IMG/VR virus record: IMGVR_UViG_3300049015_000009
Location: 1 to 62,583 of that record
Source: a virus
Lineage: Duplodnaviria; Caudoviricetes
DNA: 62,583 nt
Reading direction: 5' to 3' (one strand)
Under the pieces are notes generated by a model. It was given only the letters and a program-made list of their open reading frames with translations, had not been told where the DNA came from and searched no databases. The position numbers and the translations under genes were made by a program. Positions 38,379 through 46,588 of the stretch are shown here, piece by piece (positions within the stretch are counted from its first letter, which is position 1; each line of letters begins with the position of its first letter).

Positions 38379-39014
38379 TTACTTTTGAGTAAGCGCCTGC
38401 CAAGATGTCGGAAATAGTGGGCTGATGATCTCGTCCCACTGAGCAGCGAGCTGTTGGATCTCTGCCTGGGCATGGGAATCTGCACGAAGGCCACGTGCTC
38501 GTGCAAATGCAGCCAAGGAACCGGTGACGTAGTAACTGGTCAGCATGGACTGCGGAAGCGTCATCCGAGCCTGCTCTGGAGCAACACCACAAGCGATCAT
38601 GTTTTCATAGACAGCGATCGCATTCTTGATGTACTCGCTGTAGATACTGGAAAACATTCCGCTGTCAGGGTGAGTATCCCCGCTACCTTGCTTCATGCTC
38701 CCACCAGGACGGCTACGCCATTCCTCAGGGAAGTGAAACTCAGGGGTGTCGTCGACATACCTCCGACTCACCTCGTTGTAAGTGAAGCCCACGACGTGCT
38801 TGAACCGCTGTCGAGCCACGAAAATCGGCACGGTTTCCCGCAATGTGATCTGCGGATGGGTAAACGGGGTGAAGTGATTATGTTTGGCAAGGTAAGCGAT
38901 CAACCGTTCGTCCTGGCTATCCAGGCCAAAACTCTCCTTGTTGAAACTCACGCGGGCACTGTTCACAACAGTAAGGTCGCTACCCATGTGGTTTACATAT
39001 TCAGCCTTGATCAT
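38379..39014 (-). CDS. thyX: Flavin-dependent thymidylate synthase
   Basis: VNSARVSF, HFTPF, RQRFKH..NEVSRRY, EQARM, HAQAEI. Confidence 0.95.
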   Translation of the reverse strand: MIKAEYVNHMGSDLTVVNSARVSFNKESFGLDSQDERLIAYLAKHNHFTPFTHPQITLRETVPIFVARQRFKHVVGFTYNEVSRRYVDDTPEFHFPEEWRSRPGGSMKQGSGDTHPDSGMFSSIYSEYIKNAIAVYENMIACGVAPEQARMTLPQSMLTSYYVTGSLAAFARARGLRADSHAQAEIQQLAAQWDEIISPLFPTSWQALTQK

Positions 39015-39080
39015 TTGTACTTTCTAGGGTTGGTGGTGGAATAGTTTTAAACTGTGGGGATATTCAGAAGGAATCCCCAC

Positions 39081-40826
39081 ATGAGCTGTGTAGGTAATAC
39101 TTGCGGGGTTGGTGGTTGGGGTGGACCCCTCCCAGGTGACCCAGGTAATAACTCCATCCTGACGGCAACGCCGGCGTTTGGGGGTATCGACGTCGCCTGG
39201 ACGTATCCAACGACGAATCCGTGGGCGGTTGCTTACACCAAGGTGTACCGAGGGCTGACGTCGAATTTCAACTCAGCCCTTCTGTTGAAGGAAACCTCGC
39301 ATACCTTCTGGTATGACAAGATCGAAACCACTACCAGGTATTACTACTGGATCAGGATGGTTTCGGTGAATGGCACCGAAGGTGAGCTCATCGGTCCTGC
39401 TACTGCGGTTGCCAAGCCAACCATCGCAGGAATGATTGAGTTCCTGACTGGGCAGATTGATGCTGGTCTCCTGGCTACTGCGCTCAAGGAGAAGATCGAT
39501 TACATCGATGTCTTAGCCAACGGCTTGGCAGCTGAGGTCACCGACCGTGAGAACGGGGAAACCACATTCGCTGAGGCCATTGCTGATGTGCAGGCGGGCA
39601 TCGCCGAAGCACACACGTTCATCTTCAATGAGACGGAAACCAGGACCACTGAGTACGGTGCCCTGGTGGATCAGATCACCGGTGTCGCTGCGACAGCTGG
39701 TGACGCCCTGATCGCTGCTACTGAGACGATCACCGGCTACATCGATACCCAGCACGGCATCGCCATGGCTGCGATTGACGCTGTGGTTGGCACTATCGGT
39801 GGAGACATCGCCTCAGTAATTGAGGCGATGAGTGTCCAGATCAGCACACTGGAGGACAGTGTTGACGATCCCATCACAGGTATCGCTGCCACCAACACCC
39901 GGATCAACGCGCTCTATACCGTCAAGCTGACGGTGAATGATTTGGTTGGTGGCTTCGGCCTGGCCAACGATGGCCATGTTGTTGAGGCTGGTTTTGATGT
40001 CGACACCTTCTGGGTGGGAAGAACTCAAGCCAATAAACGCAAGCCGTTCATCATTGCTGACGGCGTGGTGTATCTCGACGAGGCAGTTATCAATTCGCTG
40101 CAGTTCAGCAAACTGAAAAACGAATCCGGTAGTTTTGTAGTCAGCTCAGGGAAACTGAATAGTACTTATGTGGATCCAGCCAGTGAATGGCTGAACAGCA
40201 ATCAGCAATGGGCTGATGTGACCGGCACTGGTAAGCCAGCTGATGGAGCTACGGTTGGTGCCCCCGCTGGTACCTATGTGGGGAGCAATCTAGCTCAGGA
40301 CCTGGAAACGCTGGCAGGGGCTCAAGCCAAAGCGAATGCTGCAGCAGAAGCGGCTGTGAACGCTGCAGCTATTGCGGCCCAGACCAAGGCTGATCTCGCA
40401 GAAACAACGGCAAAGGCATATGCAGATGGCATCGTTACTGCCGAAGAAGAACGTGCAATTCTTGATGCTACTAACAAGGCAAACGCAGCAAGGATTGCTG
40501 CTGAGGCAGCAGCTGCATTGGATGCAACTGCCAAGGCAAATGTGGCTGCAACTACAGCTAACTGGTCTGGAGTTTCTGGCAAGCCATCGTTTGGTGCCTT
40601 CGCTACGTTGAATCAGATCACCAGCGTTGATGTCAGCACGTACATCGCGGCAGCTGCGATTGACTACACACGGATCGGTGTTCTGCAAGCAGCCAACCTG
40701 TCCATCGTTGCCCTGTCGGACACGATCAATGGTGGTGTGAACTCAGGCGCTCACATCGAGGCAACCAACAACCGCATGAGTGGATATGCCAGCTCAGGCG
40801 CTGAACGCTGGAGGCTGAGCGCCTGA
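39081..40826 (+). CDS. Tail fiber/host-specificity protein
   Basis: FN3-like N-terminus, VGGFGL..FDVDTFWV..PF (J-like), Ala-rich stalk; AAGGA SD. Confidence 0.75.
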   Translation: MSCVGNTCGVGGWGGPLPGDPGNNSILTATPAFGGIDVAWTYPTTNPWAVAYTKVYRGLTSNFNSALLLKETSHTFWYDKIETTTRYYYWIRMVSVNGTEGELIGPATAVAKPTIAGMIEFLTGQIDAGLLATALKEKIDYIDVLANGLAAEVTDRENGETTFAEAIADVQAGIAEAHTFIFNETETRTTEYGALVDQITGVAATAGDALIAATETITGYIDTQHGIAMAAIDAVVGTIGGDIASVIEAMSVQISTLEDSVDDPITGIAATNTRINALYTVKLTVNDLVGGFGLANDGHVVEAGFDVDTFWVGRTQANKRKPFIIADGVVYLDEAVINSLQFSKLKNESGSFVVSSGKLNSTYVDPASEWLNSNQQWADVTGTGKPADGATVGAPAGTYVGSNLAQDLETLAGAQAKANAAAEAAVNAAAIAAQTKADLAETTAKAYADGIVTAEEERAILDATNKANAARIAAEAAAALDATAKANVAATTANWSGVSGKPSFGAFATLNQITSVDVSTYIAAAAIDYTRIGVLQAANLSIVALSDTINGGVNSGAHIEATNNRMSGYASSGAERWRLSA

Positions 40827-40827
40827 T

Positions 40828-41865
40828 ATGCCAATCCAGACCTTCTATCCAGACGGTGTGACGACGATGTTCAACTCCGAGAACGTCGCTGGCGGTGTGT
40901 GCTTGGGTGCGGTTCGCATCGTGCCTGGCACTAGCTACTCAAAGTCGTGGCCCTGGCTTGCTGGCGCCACGATGCGAATTGCTGACGTTTACGGTGCTCC
41001 GCTGCCAACTTCGGGAGTGGGCTCCGTCTCGCTGAGCAATAGCCCGTACCCATCCGTCTCCCTCGGATCTCTGCCTTACGAGCGCACTGTCTTGCTGTGG
41101 GTCACCGGATCTCCCGGCATCGTCAACATGCCAGGCATGCAGGCGGTTTCGAGTTCGGGCACCGTGGCTTTGCATCCCTCGGCACGCGGCATGAACTACC
41201 TGGGGAAGGCGACCTACGACAGCCTGACGCCGATCTTTTATGACTCGGGCACGGGACAGCGCACTCTTGCAAGCTGGAACTTCAGCGCACCGTCATTCTT
41301 CACGTCAGACATGCAGCCCGTTGTCGTGATTGACATGAGTGCTGGGTTCTTCACGATCGGTGCGATGGGAATGAGTTGGGACGGAAGCCGCTGGCGCGGT
41401 TCCATTTCCGCATTCACGAGCCTGCCGACCAAGGACAACTTCGTTTCGTTGACCGCCCAGACCCCAGACCTCTACCTGTTCGCTCGGCCGTCAGCGCCCG
41501 CAGTCGGTACGGCAGCTTGCGCGGTCTACGACGACGGCAACGTTTTGGCGTTCGATCTGCTGGCTGGTCCGCTGCTCGCAAGCAAGGCAGTCCTCAGCTA
41601 CAGCAGCGGGACCTTCAGCTTGGCAGCACCGTCCGTCACAAAGCTGGGGATCTTCGGCGACCCGGCCAACTGGGCAACCGAGCGCATCGAGGGCTTTCCA
41701 CAGACCACACAGGACTGCGGTTACTGGCGATTCACTGGTGGCAACCTGGTTAGGTCCAGGGGCCTATGGGAGACCTACAACGACGGTGATTACGCCGCTT
41801 CCAGCACCTACGACATCTACACCACTGCCACCAACGTCGAGTGCTTCGACTTGGCGACTTACTGA
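40828..41865 (+). CDS. Putative tail tip/receptor-binding protein
   Basis: 345 aa, beta-rich S/T/G composition; follows fiber gene. Confidence 0.55.
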   Translation: MPIQTFYPDGVTTMFNSENVAGGVCLGAVRIVPGTSYSKSWPWLAGATMRIADVYGAPLPTSGVGSVSLSNSPYPSVSLGSLPYERTVLLWVTGSPGIVNMPGMQAVSSSGTVALHPSARGMNYLGKATYDSLTPIFYDSGTGQRTLASWNFSAPSFFTSDMQPVVVIDMSAGFFTIGAMGMSWDGSRWRGSISAFTSLPTKDNFVSLTAQTPDLYLFARPSAPAVGTAACAVYDDGNVLAFDLLAGPLLASKAVLSYSSGTFSLAAPSVTKLGIFGDPANWATERIEGFPQTTQDCGYWRFTGGNLVRSRGLWETYNDGDYAASSTYDIYTTATNVECFDLATY

Positions 41866-41874
41866 AAGAACTCT

Positions 41875-42531
41875 ATGTCCATCATTGCGAATATCACATC
41901 CCCCTTCGGTGCAACTCTTGGCCACCATGAGATTGCCCGTATCGAGGGCAAGCTCACGGATGCCTTCCTGTCGCTGATCGTTCACTCCTGGCCAACCATG
42001 GAGGACTGTGCTTCTCATGGGGGCAACGGTGCCACTTACGTGTGGCCGGTATCTATTCCCGTGGAGAACGTGCTCGGAGGTACTGGAACCTTGCTTCAAC
42101 GTTGTGAGGATGCCGTGATCGCCTTCGACGACCCAGCCAATCCCTTCCAGGGTGGTGCATCGGCTCCCAGCATTACTGACGTGGCTTCAGCGAAGCTGGT
42201 CCGCTGGGCGAATATCAAGCAAACCAGGACGATGAAGGATGAGGCACCCATCGAATATGGGGACTTCTCCATTGATGCTGACCGCCAAAGTCGTCAGGAC
42301 ATCATGGGCGCCATCATGGCCATGCAACTCAGCTCCCAGACTTCCCGGCTGTGGCGCTGTTCTGACAACACCATGCGGGAACTCGAGCTGGTTGATTTGA
42401 TCAATATCGGTACCGCTATTGCGGATCGTCGCCAGGAACTTATCGAGATTTCTGATGGGCTAAACCAGGAACTACTGGGTGCAGATACTCTTGAGGAGGT
42501 GCTTGCCGTAGTTTGGCCAGAGATTCAATAA
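41875..42531 (+). CDS. Tail fiber assembly-like protein (DUF4376-type C-terminus)
   Basis: WANIKQTR..IDAD..S..WRCSDN..EVLAVVW. Confidence 0.65.
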   Translation: MSIIANITSPFGATLGHHEIARIEGKLTDAFLSLIVHSWPTMEDCASHGGNGATYVWPVSIPVENVLGGTGTLLQRCEDAVIAFDDPANPFQGGASAPSITDVASAKLVRWANIKQTRTMKDEAPIEYGDFSIDADRQSRQDIMGAIMAMQLSSQTSRLWRCSDNTMRELELVDLINIGTAIADRRQELIEISDGLNQELLGADTLEEVLAVVWPEIQ

Positions 42532-42532
42532 C

Positions 42533-42580
42533 CGGGGTTTAAATACCCGTGCATATAATCCCGCCGAACTCTGGAGTATC
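42533..42580 (+). promoter_or_regulatory. Putative sigma70 promoter
   Basis: Perfect TATAAT in AT-rich intergenic gap, then GGAG SD. Confidence 0.45.
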
Positions 42581-42583
42581 AAT

Positions 42584-43192
42584 ATGACAACTACCGTCGA
42601 GTGTTTGTTCGTTTCCCCTACTGGTGAACCGATGGTGGACTCTATTGTTGAGTTCCAGCCAGTGAAGAGCGGTTTTGACGAGGATCTCGAAGGGATCGTC
42701 ATGCCGAACCTGGTCAGCATGGTCACGGACGCAGAGGGTAAGTGCGCGGTGGAGCTCTGGCCTGGTCCGTTTACCTACGTGGTTTCGTGCTTTGACCGGA
42801 ACTCTGATGCTGGCCTCTCCTACAAGATCCTGGTACCGGTCGTTGCTGAAGGAACAGTGGTTCGTCTGCAGGACATCGTGGTGCAAGGTTCCTTGCCACA
42901 GGCGCCTTACGACCAGGCTGCACTCCTGAGTATCAACAACGCCAAGGCAGATGCCCTGGCTGCTGCTCAATCTGCAGCCCAGTCTGCAGTTTCCGCCCAG
43001 GTAAGCCTGAGCAGCGCTGGACTTTCTGCTGTCACCTATGACGGCAACAACCGGGTTACTGGTTTCGTGCTCGCTGATGTCACCTACGTTGTCAGTGGCT
43101 GGGGTACTTCATCCGTCTCCATCGTGGGTGATAACGACACCAACCGAACCATGACGTTGGATGGTTCGGGTCGCATCAGCTCGGTCTCGTAA
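42584..43192 (+). CDS. Putative tail/fiber-associated protein
   Basis: TDAEG..VELWP N-terminus, AAQSA repeats. Confidence 0.6.
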   Translation: MTTTVECLFVSPTGEPMVDSIVEFQPVKSGFDEDLEGIVMPNLVSMVTDAEGKCAVELWPGPFTYVVSCFDRNSDAGLSYKILVPVVAEGTVVRLQDIVVQGSLPQAPYDQAALLSINNAKADALAAAQSAAQSAVSAQVSLSSAGLSAVTYDGNNRVTGFVLADVTYVVSGWGTSSVSIVGDNDTNRTMTLDGSGRISSVS

Positions 43193-43213
43193 ACCAATAC
43201 ATAAGGAGCCAAT

Positions 43214-43624
43214 ATGTCAAATACCCTCTACCCCAAGTTCAAGAAGCGCTGCGCTACTACTGGCGGCAACCTCGTTGCCGGCACTGTGAAGGCTGTACTG
43301 ATTGATCTTGCCCAGTACACCTACTCGGCAAACCACGAGTTCCTCAGTGATATTGCGGCTGGTGCCCGTGTTGGTACCCATGTGGCGCTGACCAACAAGA
43401 CGGTCAGCGACCTCGGTGTCTTCGACGCAGACAACGCCAGCTTCACCGGTTTGAGCGGTGCCCCGACATTGGAGGCAGTAATTCTCTACGTCGACACCGG
43501 TGTTGAGGCTACGTCTCCGCTGGTCCTGATCTATGACACAGCGACTGGTCTGCCTATTGGCGCCGGTGCTGCGAGTGGCACGATCACCTGGGACAACGGC
43601 AGCAACAAGATCTTCGCCCTGTAA
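43214..43624 (+). CDS. Phage structural protein
   Basis: TAAGGAG SD; GVFDAD, GLP..G.ITWDNG.NKIF. Confidence 0.7.
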   Translation: MSNTLYPKFKKRCATTGGNLVAGTVKAVLIDLAQYTYSANHEFLSDIAAGARVGTHVALTNKTVSDLGVFDADNASFTGLSGAPTLEAVILYVDTGVEATSPLVLIYDTATGLPIGAGAASGTITWDNGSNKIFAL

Positions 43625-44778
43625 TGGCAACGCCGCGTCCAGACTCGTACTCGGCAGCCAGCGGTAGTGTTGTCTACGGTGGTCGTACTGCATCCGGTGG
43701 AGGCGGTGGCGGGGGAAGTGGCTCAACGCCAACCTGGATGGCGGCAGCGACGCTAAACCAGTGGATGACGCTGCCCAACAGTACTGTCACTGAGCCGAAC
43801 TCCAACTCGTTCTCCGGGATGATCCTGGATGACACCAACGGCAACGTTTGGTTTGCCGCTACCGGTGGGCACTCCAATGGACCTAACAACGCAGTATCCA
43901 AGTACAACTGGATGGCAGATAGCCCTTCTGGTTGGATGAAAGTGCATGCAGCAACGGTCAATCCGACGCCGCTGAACGATCCGTACTATTCGGATGGGCG
44001 TCCCGCTGCACGTCACGTGTATGAGTCCGGTTTCTACGACCCTGACACAAACCACCTGATCTTGGTGGGTTGTTACTCGCCTGGCACGGGCTCATCGGCC
44101 TATAACCCTATCGATGGCTTCAATATCACTACTGGTGAATGGGAGCCACAGGGCACCTACATTGGCCGAGACGGTGTAGCCGGTATCACTGGTGAAAGCT
44201 ACAACGGGGGCGTCATTCGCAATCCCATCACAGGCAATGTTTTCTGGGCAGCGGCAGGTGCTGGCCGCATGTGGAAGCCAGGCCAAGCAACGCTGACGAA
44301 TAAGGGCACGAGCATTGCGTTTGTGCGCTTCCCACATGCCTGGGACACGGTGCGAAACGGCTTCTTCGGGTTGATGTGGGGCGATGGCCAAGATTCTGGA
44401 ACCGGAATCACCACGGCCTTTACAACGACCCCGGACACAACGCCGGTGAAACGAACCATCACGCTGGCTGCATCAGCAGGTCTTACCTCGCTTTTGAATG
44501 GTGCACCTGACTATGCGGCGATGGATCATGACGCCACTAGAGACAAGTATCTGTTTGTCCAAGGTAATCAGAACGGCGGTGGTGGAACTCCGTTGTTCTA
44601 CGAAATTACCCCGAGCAATATCAGTGACGCTTGGGAGGTCAGCGTACCGACGTTCGCTGGCTCCGCTGGAACCGTCGAGTCTTCTGGTGCCGTAGGCAAG
44701 CTGAAGTACATCAAGCGTGGAAATGTTGGTGGCTTTCTGTTCTACAGCAACGCCCTTTATTTCCTGCGCACGGTATGA
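43624..44778 (+). CDS. Kelch/beta-propeller-like protein
   Basis: GGH, YSDGRPAARHVY, repeated D/N-P-x-T/G blades; Gly linker. Confidence 0.6.
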   Translation: MATPRPDSYSAASGSVVYGGRTASGGGGGGGSGSTPTWMAAATLNQWMTLPNSTVTEPNSNSFSGMILDDTNGNVWFAATGGHSNGPNNAVSKYNWMADSPSGWMKVHAATVNPTPLNDPYYSDGRPAARHVYESGFYDPDTNHLILVGCYSPGTGSSAYNPIDGFNITTGEWEPQGTYIGRDGVAGITGESYNGGVIRNPITGNVFWAAAGAGRMWKPGQATLTNKGTSIAFVRFPHAWDTVRNGFFGLMWGDGQDSGTGITTAFTTTPDTTPVKRTITLAASAGLTSLLNGAPDYAAMDHDATRDKYLFVQGNQNGGGGTPLFYEITPSNISDAWEVSVPTFAGSAGTVESSGAVGKLKYIKRGNVGGFLFYSNALYFLRTV

Positions 44779-44794
44779 CCATTAGGAGAATCAA

Positions 44795-46588
44795 ATGACA
44801 GTCAAACTGACATCCGCGACGCTGTCCCATGCAGCCGCGCTGAAAAACTCCTACCCGTTCTCGATGGTGATGTTCCTTGGTGGGAGCATCAGCGGCGACA
44901 CCTATCCGATGTCGCAAGAGGGCAGTGGGGGCAATTTCAACTTCAAGCTCGACGGCAACAGCAGCGGCGAGACGATCAACGACTATTCGGTTGCGCAGGG
45001 TGCGGCACCAGCTTCTAAGAGCGCAGCACCACACATCAGCGCCTCGGCAATGCAGATTGCCGTGATGGTTTTCACCAGCGCGAGCAGCCGCACCGTTTAT
45101 TTCGGTAGTGCGACTGGCGTTACGACGACGACCACGCAGACCGCCCCAGCCCATGCGACCCACAACATCGTCAAGGTCAGCTCATCGAGCAACACCCTTG
45201 ATGTGGCTGAAGTCCACGGCTATGGCGTGGCGCTGACTTCGGCCGATGTCACCAGCATCATGGGTGGCACGCTGCCCGAGACCATCACCGGCTGGATCGA
45301 CGGTTGGTCCCTGAAGGACTACTCGGCCGGTGGCAGCTACACCTCGCTCGGTGGCACCCGCACGCTGTCTGTTGCGAGCGGAACCACGGCTGCTGGCACG
45401 TTGACGCACCCGCTCGCGCGCACCACACCTGACACGACTGCTCCGGTCCTGTCTTCGCCGGTGGGTACCCAGACGGGCTCGACCACTGCGACGGTTGGTG
45501 CCACTACGGACGAGGTCGGCACGCTTTACGCCGTCATCACGACGACCAACACGCAGCCGACCATTGCCCAGATCAAGGCTGGCCAGAACGCCAGCGGTGC
45601 AGCTGCAGCCTACGCGGCAAACCAGAACGTCACGGTAGTTGGTGCGAAGACCTTCGCTGCTACTGGCTTGACGCCGAGTACCGCTTACTACTCCCACCTC
45701 ATCGAGACGGACGCAGCAGGCAACGACTCCAACATCGTCACCAGCTCCAGCTTCACGACTGCTGCAGGTGCGGATGTGACCGTGCCTACGCAGACAGGCT
45801 CGCTCACGGTTGGTACGGTAACTGCCACCAGCATCCAGATCACGTGGCCGGCAGGTGCAGACAACGTGGCTGTGACCAGCTACGAGACATCACTGGACGG
45901 CACGTCCTGGACTGATCGTGGCAACGTCCTGACCTATACGTTCTCTGGCTTGAATGCCAGCACCAGCTACACACCGCGCGTGCGAGCCAAGGATGCTGCT
46001 GGCAACGTCAGTACACCAGCACTGCAGGTCACCCAGTCAACCTCAGCAGCTACGGACAGCACACCGCCCACACTGACGGGCTCGATCACTCCTTCGTCGA
46101 TCACGTTGACCACGTACTCGCTGGCTTGGCCTGCTGGTGCTGACAACGTTGCTGTGACAGGCTATGAGGTCTCGCTGGACGGTGGAACCACCTATACCGA
46201 CAACGGCAACAGCACCTCGAGGAACGTCACTGGTCGGACTGCCAGTACCACGGATCAAGTCCGTGTCCGTGCCTATGACTCGAGCGGCAATCGCTCTACT
46301 CCTGCGCTGAGCGTTGCAGTCACGCTGGCTTCTCCTTCAACCGGCACGATCACCACACCGCCGCTGAAGAACAAGGCTGGTGTGGTGTTGGCCAACCTCA
46401 CGGGGTTGACGGTGAACGTCTACCACCCGACGACTGGTGCTCTGGTGGTGCAGCTCACCAATGTGACAACGAACGGTTCAGGTATCGCCACGTTGTCCTC
46501 GGGTTCGATCGTGGCAGGGCAGACCTACGCGGTTGAAGTGGTCCACGCCATTTACGGTCGTCGCCTGCCCACTGGAGTAGCTGCATGA
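44795..46588 (+). CDS. Lectin-like plus multiple FN3 domain protein
   Basis: Repeated D.T.PT..G..W....DNVAVT.YE.S.DG..RVRA.D..GN.S. Confidence 0.75.
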   Translation: MTVKLTSATLSHAAALKNSYPFSMVMFLGGSISGDTYPMSQEGSGGNFNFKLDGNSSGETINDYSVAQGAAPASKSAAPHISASAMQIAVMVFTSASSRTVYFGSATGVTTTTTQTAPAHATHNIVKVSSSSNTLDVAEVHGYGVALTSADVTSIMGGTLPETITGWIDGWSLKDYSAGGSYTSLGGTRTLSVASGTTAAGTLTHPLARTTPDTTAPVLSSPVGTQTGSTTATVGATTDEVGTLYAVITTTNTQPTIAQIKAGQNASGAAAAYAANQNVTVVGAKTFAATGLTPSTAYYSHLIETDAAGNDSNIVTSSSFTTAAGADVTVPTQTGSLTVGTVTATSIQITWPAGADNVAVTSYETSLDGTSWTDRGNVLTYTFSGLNASTSYTPRVRAKDAAGNVSTPALQVTQSTSAATDSTPPTLTGSITPSSITLTTYSLAWPAGADNVAVTGYEVSLDGGTTYTDNGNSTSRNVTGRTASTTDQVRVRAYDSSGNRSTPALSVAVTLASPSTGTITTPPLKNKAGVVLANLTGLTVNVYHPTTGALVVQLTNVTTNGSGIATLSSGSIVAGQTYAVEVVHAIYGRRLPTGVAA

